NCBI GenBank assembly: GCA_900768535.1
Contig: CAAGDE010000071.1
Coordinates: 1-62,695, forward strand
DNA from: Clostridia bacterium
GTDB taxonomy: Bacteria; Bacillota; Clostridia; Oscillospirales; CAG-272
Reading direction: 5' to 3'
DNA length: 62,695 bases
Part shown: positions 1-8,818 of the stretch, in pieces
How positions within the stretch are numbered: position 1 is the stretch's first letter
Layout: each line of letters opens with the position of its first letter
Made by a program: the position numbers and the translations under genes
Notes under the pieces: model-generated
The model's database searches: none
What the model was told of the DNA's origin: nothing
What the model saw: the letters and a program-made list of their open reading frames with translations, nothing else

Positions 1-255
1 GGGGAAGGCTTTCCTCGGTGATTCGTAAGCATTAGATACAGCGCCGATTTACAAGCATGATTGAGAAGCAGAACGGAAAAGATATGCACAGCCGGAAAAA
101 GCCTTCTCCCGGTGATTCGTAAGCATTAGATACAGCGCCGATTTACAAGCATGATTGAGAAGCAAAACGGAAAAGATTTGCACAGCCGGAAAAAGCCTTC
201 CCCCGGGTGGGGAAGGTGGCGCGCCAGCGACGGATGAGGGCGAAATTGGCGAACG
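1..255. repeat. Partial copy of composite palindromic intergenic repeat, family A: two tandem ~94-bp AT-richer core units plus a GC-rich arm
   Basis: CGGTGATTCGTAAGCATTAGATACAGCGCCGATTTACAAGCATGATTGAGAAGCA occurs at 16-70 and 110-164 (period 94). 1-14 GGGGAAGGCTTTCC is complementary to about 190-203. Arm 208-255 is the reverse complement of the arms at 3618-3664 and 3712-3756. Truncated by the window edge. Confidence 0.8.
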
Positions 256-343
256 CACCTTCTGTAATCACAAATAAATGCATCGTCTAAATGTGCCGTC
301 CTTTTTCGTTGATTTTCCCCCCTTTTTTCTGTAAATCTTCCGC

Positions 344-372
344 TTGACTTTTCAGGTGCTTTGTGGTAGAAT
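344..372 (+). promoter_or_regulatory. Sigma-A type promoter for the DUF523/ABC exporter genes
   Basis: TTGACT (344-349), 17-nt spacer, TGgTAGAAT (364-372, extended -10). It overlaps the GTG at 363, which argues against that start. Confidence 0.6.
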
Positions 373-392
373 ATAAGGAAGAGGTGATCGAT

Positions 393-851
393 TTGAAAAA
401 AGAGCCGATTCTTGTCAGCGCCTGCCTGTTGGGGGAGCCGTGCCGCTATGACGGTGCCGCAAAGCCCTGCGATGCGGTGACGGCTTTGGGGGAGCGGTAC
501 CGCCTGATCCCGGTCTGCCCCGAACAGCTGGGCGGACTGCCAACCCCGCGCCCGGCGTCCGAAATTCAGCCGGACGGCAGGGTGCGGAACCGTGCGGGAG
601 CCGATGTGACCGAGGCTTATCGCCGGGGCGCCGCAGAAGCTCTGCGGGTGGCAGAGGAAAACGGCTGCCGGCTGGCGGTTCTGAAGGAAAAAAGCCCCTC
701 CTGCGGGCACGGAAAAATCTATGACGGAAGCTTTTCGGGCGTGCTGACCGAGGGGGACGGCGTGACGGCGGCACTGCTGACCGCCTGCGGAATCCGCGTC
801 ATCGGAGAAACGGAAGTATTGGAAAGGACACAGGAAAACGGAAAGAAATGA
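393..851 (+). CDS. DUF523 family protein (TudS/YbbK-like Cys-rich protein)
   Basis: ORF 363-851 with motif PILVSACLLGEPCRYDG typical of DUF523. TTG at 393 follows GGAAGAGGTG and lies downstream of the promoter. The start is uncertain (363/384/393). Confidence 0.7.
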   Translation: MKKEPILVSACLLGEPCRYDGAAKPCDAVTALGERYRLIPVCPEQLGGLPTPRPASEIQPDGRVRNRAGADVTEAYRRGAAEALRVAEENGCRLAVLKEKSPSCGHGKIYDGSFSGVLTEGDGVTAALLTACGIRVIGETEVLERTQENGKK

Positions 852-2566
852 TGCTGAAACGGTTTTTATCTTACTACAAGCCGCACAAAAAGCTGTTTGC
901 CATGGATATGCTGGCATCGCTGTGCGTGGCAATGATCGGTGTGGTCTACCCGATTGTCACGCGGAGGATGCTCAACGAATTCATCCCGAACCGCGAATAC
1001 CGCATGGTCGTGGGCTTCGGGCTTGCACTGCTTGGGCTGTATGCCGTGCGGATGCTGTTGAATTACTTCATCCAGTACGAGGGGCACATGATGGGCGTGC
1101 ATATGCAGACCCGGATGCGGAGCGATCTGTTTGCGCATCTGGAAAAGCTGCCGTTCAGTTTTTATGATCACCATGAAACGGGAAAGATCATGTCGCGCAT
1201 GACCAATGACCTCATGGACATCAGCGAGCTGGCGCACCACGGTCCGGAGAACATCATCATTTCCACCATCTCCATCATCACATCCTTTGTCTATCTTTCC
1301 ACCATCAATCTGACACTGACGCTGATTATCTTCGTCTGCGTGCCGTTCCTCCTGGTCGTTTCCGGACTGCTGCGCAAGCGGATGCGGGCGGCGTTTGCAC
1401 GGGCGCGGGTGTCCATGGCACAGATCAATGCATCGATTGAGAGCAGCATCTCCGGCATCCGGGTGACAAAGGCGTTCAATAATGCAGACCTGGAGCAGGA
1501 GAAATTCGAGGTCGGAAACCGGGAATTCACCGAGGCAAAGCAGGATTCCTACAAGGCAATGGGAATGTTCCATTCGGGAACGGCATTCATTACGGATGTG
1601 TTCAATGTGGTGGTCCTGATCGCCGGCGGACTGTTTCTGTATCAGGGGGAGATTGCGCTGGGGGACTATTCCGCATTCATTGTGTCGGTGAACCTGTTTA
1701 TCAACCCCGTGACCACGCTGATCAACTTCATGGAGCAGTATCAGAACGGCGTGACCGGATTTGAGCGGTTTGTGGAGATCATCGACGCCCCGGTGGAGGA
1801 GGATGCGCCGGATGCCTGCGATTTGGGGCGCGTGACGGGGCATATTGAACTGCGGAATGTGACCTACGCATACGATGAAAGCCGGGACGTGCTGAACGGG
1901 GTCAGTCTGGATATTCCGGCAGGGGAGACGGTGGCGCTGGTCGGTCCCTCCGGCGGCGGAAAGACCACCATCTGCCACCTGATTCCGCGTTTTTACGATC
2001 TGACCGAGGGAGAGATCCGGATTGACGGTCACGATATCCGGCAGGTCACGGCACGCTCCCTGCGGCAGAATATCGGCATTGTCCAGCAGGATGTGTATCT
2101 GTTCAATGCAAGCGTGCGCGAAAATATCCTTTACGGCAGACCCGATGCGACCGATGCGGAGGTCGTGGAGGCGGCAAAGCGCGCGAATATTCACGAGTAC
2201 ATCATGACCATGGAGCACGGCTACGACACCGTCATCGGCGAGCGCGGCGTGCGGCTGTCCGGCGGACAGAAGCAACGGCTCAGCATTGCGCGGGTGTTCT
2301 TAAAGAACCCGCCGATCCTGATTCTGGACGAGGCAACCAGCGCACTGGACAACGCCACGGAGATTCAGATTCAGCGGGCGCTGGAGGAGCTGTGCCGGGG
2401 CAGAACCACGCTGGTGGTTGCGCACCGACTCTCCACGGTCAAGAACGCGGACGAGATCAAGGTCATCGAAAACGGAAGGATCACCGAGCAGGGAAGCCAT
2501 GCGGAGCTGATGGAAAAGAGAGGTACCTACGCGGGACTGTACAATCTCCAGTTCCGTGTGCTCTGA
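848..2566 (+). CDS. ABC transporter, fused permease/ATP-binding exporter (MsbA/multidrug type)
   Basis: 572 aa. N-terminal TM region, Walker A GPSGGGKTT, signature LSGGQKQR, Walker B ILILDEATS. ATGA overlap with the upstream gene. Confidence 0.9.
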   Translation: MMLKRFLSYYKPHKKLFAMDMLASLCVAMIGVVYPIVTRRMLNEFIPNREYRMVVGFGLALLGLYAVRMLLNYFIQYEGHMMGVHMQTRMRSDLFAHLEKLPFSFYDHHETGKIMSRMTNDLMDISELAHHGPENIIISTISIITSFVYLSTINLTLTLIIFVCVPFLLVVSGLLRKRMRAAFARARVSMAQINASIESSISGIRVTKAFNNADLEQEKFEVGNREFTEAKQDSYKAMGMFHSGTAFITDVFNVVVLIAGGLFLYQGEIALGDYSAFIVSVNLFINPVTTLINFMEQYQNGVTGFERFVEIIDAPVEEDAPDACDLGRVTGHIELRNVTYAYDESRDVLNGVSLDIPAGETVALVGPSGGGKTTICHLIPRFYDLTEGEIRIDGHDIRQVTARSLRQNIGIVQQDVYLFNASVRENILYGRPDATDAEVVEAAKRANIHEYIMTMEHGYDTVIGERGVRLSGGQKQRLSIARVFLKNPPILILDEATSALDNATEIQIQRALEELCRGRTTLVVAHRLSTVKNADEIKVIENGRITEQGSHAELMEKRGTYAGLYNLQFRVL

Positions 2567-2585
2567 CCGCCTGATAAAACAAATA

Positions 2586-2635
2586 ACCGCGCAGGAGCCA
2601 CGGTGCATCGGTACCGGGACTGCGCGGTCTTTTTG
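2586..2635 (+). terminator. Hairpin plus T-run between convergent genes
   Basis: ACCGCGCAG (2586-2594) pairs with CTGCGCGGT (2620-2628), followed by CTTTTTG. Confidence 0.55.
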
Positions 2636-2644
2636 CGTGACGGA

Positions 2645-3379
2645 TCACTTTCCTGATGGCAGAGCGTAAAAGGCGACTGCCGCGGCGGTGAGACTGTAGT
2701 TTTTGCCGCCGATCCGGATATCCTCCCACTGCGCGGGGGAGCCGGTGAAGCGGATTTCGTCCAGATAGGCGCACTGATAGAATGCCATCTCCGCGATCCG
2801 TCTGACGGTCGCCGGTACCGTGGCGGTCGTTCCGGCGTGCTTGGCAGGGTACAGGATCAGCTCGCTCCCGTCCGCGCTGTACAGGACGCCGTCCACATCG
2901 CAGAACCGCGGGTTTTGCTCGCTGACCGAGATGTAGACGAGATTCGGGCAGTCCGCAAAGGCAAGCTCGCCGATGACCGTAACGCCCGCCGGAATCTGAA
3001 TCGCCGCCACCGTGTCACAGCCGTAAAAGGCGCGGGCGGATATGCCGGTCACGCGGTCGCCGGAGGGGGAGGTCTCCGGAATGACGGCAAACGCCTCGCG
3101 GCAGTCGCCGATACTCTCCAGTGCGCAGGTGCCGTTTCCGTTCGTCCGGAAGACCATCCCGCCGCGGATGTCGATCTCCAGTGTCGTTACCACCGTGTCG
3201 TCCGGTTCTTCATAGCTGGTGCCGCTTCCGGGAATGTAATAGCGCGTGCGTCCGGGCGGGTCGGTCTCCGGCTCCTCCTTCCGGGAATTTCCGAGGCAGA
3301 TCAGTGCAATTGTCAGGCAAAGCGCCACCGCAAACACCGCCGCGAGCGCGACCATCAGCAGCTGGCTGGAATTTCTCAT
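2645..3379 (-). CDS. Membrane-anchored leucine-rich-repeat (BspA-like) surface protein
   Basis: ORF 2645-3460. Repeats of the AFYGC..V..I.IP..VT.IGE.AF..C..L type. N-terminal TM stretch LLMVALAAVFAVALCLTIALICL. GGAAGGAG lies 7-8 nt before the ATG at 3379 (3385 is an alternative). Confidence 0.7.
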   Translation of the reverse strand: MRNSSQLLMVALAAVFAVALCLTIALICLGNSRKEEPETDPPGRTRYYIPGSGTSYEEPDDTVVTTLEIDIRGGMVFRTNGNGTCALESIGDCREAFAVIPETSPSGDRVTGISARAFYGCDTVAAIQIPAGVTVIGELAFADCPNLVYISVSEQNPRFCDVDGVLYSADGSELILYPAKHAGTTATVPATVRRIAEMAFYQCAYLDEIRFTGSPAQWEDIRIGGKNYSLTAAAVAFYALPSGK

Positions 3380-3617
3380 ATTCATGCTCCTTCCGTAATC
3401 AGCGTTCAGTCTGATTATAGCACAGCCTGTCCGGAAGGTCAAGAAAAAGCGTTCGTGCAAAAGCGACAGGCAAGTGCAAAAAGCCCCGCAATGCAGGAAG
3501 AAGCGATCCCGCGCGGGGCGATTTTGGGGCTCTTTTGGTGCGCTGTGGCGAACGGTTTTTACATTCAGAGGTTGATTGCAGGCAACGGTGTGTGGTTGCG
3601 CGGGCGTCAGATGGTAC

Positions 3618-3921
3618 GCTCGCCGATTTCGCCCTCATCCGTCGCTGGCGCGACACCTTCCCCCTCGAAGGGGAAGGCTGCTACGGCGGATGGTTGCATG
3701 AAGTGGTTCCATTCGCCGATTTCGCCCTCATCCGTCGCTGGCGCGACACCTTCCCCACCCGGGGGAAGGCTTTCCTCGGTGATTCGTAAGCATTAGATAC
3801 AGCGCCGGTTTACAAGCATGATTGAGAAGCAAAGCGTAAAAGATTTGCACAGCCGGAAAAAGCCTTCCCCCGGGTGGGGAAGGTGTCGCGCCAGCGACGG
3901 ATGAGGGCGAAATCGGCGAGT
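3618..3921. repeat. Complete copy of composite palindromic repeat, family A
   Basis: Arms GCTCGCCGATTTCGCCCTCATCCGTCGCTGGCGCGACACCTTCCCC (3618-3664) and 3712-3756. Core hairpin 3762-3870 runs from GGGGAAGGCTTTCC to GGAAAAAGCCTTCCCC. Inverted arm at 3877-3921. The core is near-identical to 1-203. Confidence 0.85.
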
Positions 3922-3991
3922 GCAATCACCTATCGCTTTTTCTCCGAACCTTTTTTGGGGGAAGGTTCTGAGCAGAGCTTGAGACGGAGGC

Positions 3992-4780
3992 TCAAGGTCT
4001 TTTCCCTTTTGCCGGCGACCTGCCGCAGATGCGCAGAAAGCGGCGGTAGAACGCGGAATAATCGCGGAAGCCGAGCCGCAGGGCAACCTCACCGGCGGGG
4101 ACGCCTTCGCTGAGCCACTGCGAGGCAAGTGCCATCCGTTTGGTGTTGATATACTGCAGAATCGGTGTCCCGGTGTGATCGCGGAAAATGCGGCAGAGAT
4201 GATACTTGCTGGTATAGAGAACATCGGACAGCCTGTCCAGCGACAGCTCCTCGGTCAGGTGGCTGTTGATGTAGTCGATTGCGGCGGACACGGTTTTGTC
4301 GCCGCTGGCGCTTTCCCGGTCGGGACCTTGCAAAAAAAGCAGGAGAAGTGCCTGCGTGACCGTCGCCCGGGTCGCCGCAAGACGTACATCAGGCGATGCG
4401 TCCGCCAGCCGGTCTGTGACAGGGCAGATCTGCCGGAGCGGCAAAATGACATTCTCGGAGCTGCTGTAAATCCCGTTTCCGGGAGCCTGCGCGGGAAACA
4501 GGATCGGCAGCTCCGCAACGGCTCCGACCGCAAACGACCGGTCAAAATTGATGACATAGCGCTCATACGGGGTGTCGGGATCGGGGCGCACATAGTGATA
4601 TTCCTGCGGACGGGTGAGGAGAAGCGTGCCGTCCCGGAGCGGGTAGCGGGTTCCCTCTACAATGAAATCCCCATGCCCGTGCAGGACGAACAGCAGCTCG
4701 TACTCGGTGTGACAGTGCCGCTCAAAGTTGGCGGCATCGGGATGCTCTGTGCGGGTGTGAGCGTAATAATAATCAGCCAT
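3992..4780 (-). CDS. AraC family transcriptional regulator (cupin sensor + HTH)
   Basis: ORF 3992-4819. AGGAGG lies 5 nt before the ATG at 4780. Cupin-like N-terminus (HCHTEYELLFVLHGHGDF) and C-terminal AraC HTH (SKYHLCRIFRDHTGTP..YINTKR). Divergent from the sugar-acid operon. Confidence 0.85.
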   Translation of the reverse strand: MADYYYAHTRTEHPDAANFERHCHTEYELLFVLHGHGDFIVEGTRYPLRDGTLLLTRPQEYHYVRPDPDTPYERYVINFDRSFAVGAVAELPILFPAQAPGNGIYSSSENVILPLRQICPVTDRLADASPDVRLAATRATVTQALLLLFLQGPDRESASGDKTVSAAIDYINSHLTEELSLDRLSDVLYTSKYHLCRIFRDHTGTPILQYINTKRMALASQWLSEGVPAGEVALRLGFRDYSAFYRRFLRICGRSPAKGKRP

Positions 4781-4880
4781 GGAAGCCTCCTGCGACATGA
4801 TGGTATCAGTATACCACAAAAGCGCAAGATTTGCAATGTCTTTTGCAAAAATAACAATGGATTTTTTGCCTTCCGGGCGT

Positions 4881-4886
4881 TATAAT
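4881..4886 (+). promoter_or_regulatory. Candidate -10 box (TATAAT) of the uronate operon promoter, with a weak -35
   Basis: TATAAT at 4881-4886, 35 nt before the ATG at 4921. The -35 region is poor (TGGATT), consistent with activator dependence. Twin TTGCAA boxes lie at about 4831-4848 in the divergent region. Confidence 0.35.
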
Positions 4887-4920
4887 GATGGTACAAACCC
4901 ACAGAAAGGGGAGTGTATTG

Positions 4921-5679
4921 ATGAAACTCGGTGTCAATCTGTATTCCGTGCGCAAATTTCTTCAGAATGAGGAGGATACGCGCAGAACCTTTGCAAAGCT
5001 CCGGGAAATCGGCTATGAGGTCGTCCAGCTCTCCGGTGCGGCGCCCATGCCGGCGGAAACGGTGCGTAAGATTTCCCGCGAGAGCGGTCTGCCCATCGTC
5101 TGTACCCATTCTCCGCTGGACCGCATTCTGCACGATACCGATGCGCTGATCCGGGAGCATCGGTTGTTCGGCTGCCCTGTCATCGGGCTCGGATACCTGC
5201 CGGAGGAATACCGGAGCACGGAAGCCCTGCGCGGCTTGCTGGAGGCACTGCGCGAGCCGGTCAAAAAAATCGAGGCAGCCGGAATGCGGTTTGCCTACCA
5301 CAACCACGCCTTCGAATTCGAGCCCTTCCCGGACGCACCGGGCTGTATTTACGACACGCTCCTTGCCGACTGTCCGGACTGGCAGTTCATCCTGGACACC
5401 TATTGGGTCGTTTTCGGGGGCAGAGATGTGAAAAGCACCCTTGAAGCGGTCGGTGCGGGCAGGCTGACCAATGTCCATTTCAAGGATATGTCCCGCGGGG
5501 CGGGTCGGGAGATCTGCGCCTGCGGAGAGGGGCGGCTGGAGCTGGCGTCCTATCTGCCGCTTTGCAGATCGCTCGGCACCGAAAACATTCTGGTGGAGCA
5601 GGACAATGCAAACGACCATGCAGACCCGTTCGGTCAGCTGGAAATCAGCTACCGCACGTTGCGTCCGCTGGTGAAATAA
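4921..5679 (+). CDS. Sugar phosphate isomerase/epimerase (xylose isomerase-like TIM barrel)
   Basis: ORF 4885-5679. AAAGGGGAG precedes the ATG at 4921. MKLGVNLYS start and an alternating beta/alpha pattern typical of the AP endonuclease 2/xylose isomerase-like fold. Confidence 0.7.
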   Translation: MKLGVNLYSVRKFLQNEEDTRRTFAKLREIGYEVVQLSGAAPMPAETVRKISRESGLPIVCTHSPLDRILHDTDALIREHRLFGCPVIGLGYLPEEYRSTEALRGLLEALREPVKKIEAAGMRFAYHNHAFEFEPFPDAPGCIYDTLLADCPDWQFILDTYWVVFGGRDVKSTLEAVGAGRLTNVHFKDMSRGAGREICACGEGRLELASYLPLCRSLGTENILVEQDNANDHADPFGQLEISYRTLRPLVK

Positions 5680-5690
5680 GGAGGGCAGGC

Positions 5691-6569
5691 ATGGCAGAAT
5701 TTCTCATTTCCGCATTTGCGGACGAAACCTCGAACGACCCCGATCATCAGATTGCCGCGCTGAAGCGGAACGGTCTGCGCATGATCGAGCCGCGCAACAT
5801 CGGCGGCGGAATCGTGGATCGCACCGACGCGGAGCTGGACGCGTTTGCGGATAAGCTGGACCGCGTGGGCATCGGCATTTCGGCGCTCGGCTCACCGATC
5901 GGCAAATACGATATCGACAAGCCGTTTGACGCGCACCTGACCGTATTCCGCCGTGCACTGGAGATCTGCCGCAGGCTCGGCACCGACCGGATGCGGATGT
6001 TCAGCTTTTTTGTGCCGCAGGAACGCCTGAAGGAATGTCGCGCGGAGGTTCTGCGCCGCCTTTCGGTCATGCTGGAGGAAGCGGATCGCGCCGGCGTGAC
6101 GCTCTGCCACGAAAACGAATCGAAGATTTACGGACAGAATCCGGCAGAGGTTGCCGACCTGCTGAACGCCCTTCCGGGGCTGTACGGAGTCTTTGACGCA
6201 GCAAACTATGTGATGAATGATGCAGATCCGTTGGCGGGAATTGAAGCAACGCTCATCCGCCCCGCATACCTGCACATGAAGGACGCAATCGGTGCGGAGA
6301 AGGCGATCGTTCCCGTCGGCATGGGGGACGGTCGGTATGAGGAGGTACTGCGGCGCGTGGATCGCGCAATGGACGGGCTTGTTTATCTCACGGTTGAGCC
6401 GCACCTGCACATCTTTGACAGCTATCAAAAAATCGACAGCCACAGGCTGAAAACCGGCGTGGCGTTTGAAAATTCCGACGATGCCTTTGACTGCGCAGTC
6501 GGAAGCGTGAAAACAATGCTCACAAGGCTGGGCTACACGGAAGGAGCGGATTTGGTATGGAGAAAGTAA
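5691..6569 (+). CDS. Sugar phosphate isomerase/epimerase (xylose isomerase-like TIM barrel), second copy
   Basis: ORF 5562-6569. AAGGAGGG precedes the ATG at 5691. LCHENES and HMKD motifs typical of the family. Confidence 0.7.
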   Translation: MAEFLISAFADETSNDPDHQIAALKRNGLRMIEPRNIGGGIVDRTDAELDAFADKLDRVGIGISALGSPIGKYDIDKPFDAHLTVFRRALEICRRLGTDRMRMFSFFVPQERLKECRAEVLRRLSVMLEEADRAGVTLCHENESKIYGQNPAEVADLLNALPGLYGVFDAANYVMNDADPLAGIEATLIRPAYLHMKDAIGAEKAIVPVGMGDGRYEEVLRRVDRAMDGLVYLTVEPHLHIFDSYQKIDSHRLKTGVAFENSDDAFDCAVGSVKTMLTRLGYTEGADLVWRK

Positions 6570-7732
6570 GGTTCGGGATTGTCGGCGTGGGAAATATGGG
6601 AAGCGGTCACGCAAAGAGTTTCCTTGGCGGCAAAGTGGAGCATGGCGTTCTGACCGCGATCTGCGACCTGAAAAAGGAGCGGATGGAGAAGGTCCGTGCG
6701 ATGGACGGCGGGGCGGAGCTTGCTGCCTACACGGACTATCGTGACCTGTTTGCGAGCGGAAAGACGGACGCGGTGATCGTTGCAGTGCCGCACTATTTCC
6801 ACCCGCGCATTTCAATGGACGCGCTGGCAGCGGGACTGCACGTCATCTGCGAGAAGCCGGAGGGCGTGTACACCAAGCAGGTCAAGGAGCTGAACGAGGC
6901 GGCAGGCAGATCGGATCGCCTGTTTACCGTGATGTTCAATCAGCGCACCAACTGCGTTTACCGCAAAATGCGCGAGATGATCCGGAACGGGGAGCTGGGC
7001 GAGATCAAACGGGTCAACTGGATCGTTACCGATTGGTACCGTTCGCAAAGCTACTACGATTCGGGCGACTGGCGCGCAACCTGGCGCGGCGAGGGCGGCG
7101 GCGTGCTGTTCAACCAGTGCCCGCACCAGTTGGATCTGTTGCAGTGGGTCACCGGCATGATGCCCGTGCGCATCCGTTCCTTCTGCCACTTCGGAAAGTG
7201 GCACGACATTGAGGTAGAGGACGATGTCACGGCATACCTCGAATATCCGAACGGCGCAACAGGCGTGTTCATCACATCCACCGGCGATACGCCCGGCACC
7301 AACCGCTTTGAAATACTGGGGAACAACGGAAAGCTGGTCTGCGAGAACAATGTGCTGACCTTCACCAAGCTGGAGATGCCGGAGCGTGAATTCAACGCGA
7401 CCTACCGGGGCGGCTTCGGCGAACCGAAAAAGACGGTTCTGACTGTGGAGACCGACGGCAAAAACCCGCAGCACGTGGGGATTCTCAACAACTTTGCAAA
7501 CGCGATTCTCGGACTGGAGCCGCTGTTTGTCGACGGTCGCGAGGGTATTCACGGTGTGGAGCTGATGGACGCGATGCTTCTTTCCACCTGGAAGGACCGT
7601 ACCGTCACCCTGCCGATTGACGATGATGAATACTGGGCGGAGCTACAGCGGCACATTGCCGTCAGCCGCCTGAAAACCGCAGGCGACCGGGTGCTGGATA
7701 CCGAGGGCACCTACGGAGCGACGGCAAAATGA
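6557..7732 (+). CDS. Gfo/Idh/MocA family oxidoreductase
   Basis: 391 aa. N-terminal Rossmann motif RFGIVGVGNMG, EKP motif (ICEKPEG). Overlaps the upstream stop. Confidence 0.85.
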   Translation: MEKVRFGIVGVGNMGSGHAKSFLGGKVEHGVLTAICDLKKERMEKVRAMDGGAELAAYTDYRDLFASGKTDAVIVAVPHYFHPRISMDALAAGLHVICEKPEGVYTKQVKELNEAAGRSDRLFTVMFNQRTNCVYRKMREMIRNGELGEIKRVNWIVTDWYRSQSYYDSGDWRATWRGEGGGVLFNQCPHQLDLLQWVTGMMPVRIRSFCHFGKWHDIEVEDDVTAYLEYPNGATGVFITSTGDTPGTNRFEILGNNGKLVCENNVLTFTKLEMPEREFNATYRGGFGEPKKTVLTVETDGKNPQHVGILNNFANAILGLEPLFVDGREGIHGVELMDAMLLSTWKDRTVTLPIDDDEYWAELQRHIAVSRLKTAGDRVLDTEGTYGATAK

Positions 7733-8817
7733 CGGAGCTGCTCCGGTTTGAGCCGGCGCTCTGCCGCAGGACGGACGGAACGCCGGTGACCACTCCGGCG
7801 GAATGGGAATGCCGGCGCCGGGAACTGCTCCGGATCCTGTCGCAGGAGGAATACGGCATCATGCCGCCTTCGCCTGCCTGCGTCCGGGGAACGGTGCAGG
7901 AAACGGTCACCGCCTGCTGTGCCGGGCACGCCGTGCTGGAGACGGTTGCACTTGCATTTGATACCCCCGGCGGGGAATTCCGGTTTCCAGTCCGCTTTTT
8001 CAACCCGACCGGACCGGGGAAACATCCGCTCTTTCTCCTGCTCAATTTCCGCCCGGACGCATACGACCGGTATCTGCCCGCAGAGGAGATCATTGACGGC
8101 GGCTTTGCGGTTGCAACCGTGAATTATCAGGACATCACCGCAGACAACGGGGATTTTACGGACGGCATCGCGGCACTGTATCCGAGACATGACAGCGGGA
8201 CTGCGTGGGGGAAGATCGGAATGTGGGCGTTCGGTGCTTCGCGGATGGTGGATTATTTTCTGACAAGACCGGAAATCGATGCCGCTCACATCGCGGTTAT
8301 CGGACACTCCCGCCTGGGAAAAGCTGCGCTTTGGTGCGGCGCGCAGGACCCTCGCGTGCGGTATGTGATCTCCAACGACTCCGGTTGCTCCGGTGCGGCA
8401 TATGAGCGCGTAAAGCACGAGGGGGCGGAGACGGTTGACCGGATCGTGGCGCGGTTTCCGTACTGGTTTTGCGAAAACTACGCGCAATACCGGAAGGTAC
8501 CGGAGACACGCGCGTTCGACCAGCATTTCCTGCTGGCGCTCTCCGCGCCGCGCTTTGTTGCGGTCGGGAGTGCGGAGCAGGATCATTGGGCAGACCCGTA
8601 TGCAGAACAGCTGTCCTGCATCGGTGCCTCTCCCGCATGGAATTTTTACGGCGTGGAGGGGTACAACGGGAAGACGGCGCCTGCTGTGGCGGGAGAATGC
8701 CTCGGAACCGGGCGGGTGCGATATCATATCCGTGACGGAATTCATTATCTCAGCCGCGCGGACTGGCAGGTTTATATGCGTATGATCCGGGATGCGATGG
8801 CGCAAGGGGAGAACTGA
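7729..8817 (+). CDS. CE15-type glucuronoyl (methyl)esterase, no signal peptide
   Basis: 362 aa. Nucleophile motif GHSRLGKAALW and C-terminal YHIRDGIHYLSRADW, as in bacterial CE15. The N-terminus MTELLRFEPALCRRTDG lacks a hydrophobic leader. ATGA overlap. Confidence 0.7.
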   Translation: MTELLRFEPALCRRTDGTPVTTPAEWECRRRELLRILSQEEYGIMPPSPACVRGTVQETVTACCAGHAVLETVALAFDTPGGEFRFPVRFFNPTGPGKHPLFLLLNFRPDAYDRYLPAEEIIDGGFAVATVNYQDITADNGDFTDGIAALYPRHDSGTAWGKIGMWAFGASRMVDYFLTRPEIDAAHIAVIGHSRLGKAALWCGAQDPRVRYVISNDSGCSGAAYERVKHEGAETVDRIVARFPYWFCENYAQYRKVPETRAFDQHFLLALSAPRFVAVGSAEQDHWADPYAEQLSCIGASPAWNFYGVEGYNGKTAPAVAGECLGTGRVRYHIRDGIHYLSRADWQVYMRMIRDAMAQGEN

Positions 8818-8818
8818 A

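Noticed and set aside
1-203. Considered whether the 94-nt tandem units, or the 11-nt repeats at 28497-28549, could be a CRISPR array
   Set aside because: The units are directly adjacent with no unique spacers, there are only two copies (or the units are far too short), and no cas genes are present.
49-258. Small ORFs translating to ...SPISPSSVAGA.PSPPGG... (49-258, 3535-3789, 3728-3925, 3874-4113, 41500-41817 in part)
   Set aside because: They are read-through translations of the family A repeat arms. The same peptide appears wherever the repeat occurs, in both orientations.
866-2275. 469-aa ORF antisense to the ABC exporter gene, plus similar long antisense or out-of-frame ORFs elsewhere (e.g. 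126-932, 2837-3796, 4657-5619, 5892-6815, 6812-7552, 7711-8805, 8750-9748)
   Set aside because: They lie entirely within better-supported genes on the opposite strand or another frame. They have Arg/Pro/Gly/Ala-rich low-complexity translations typical of stop-poor frames in GC-rich DNA. They have no RBS and no recognisable motifs.
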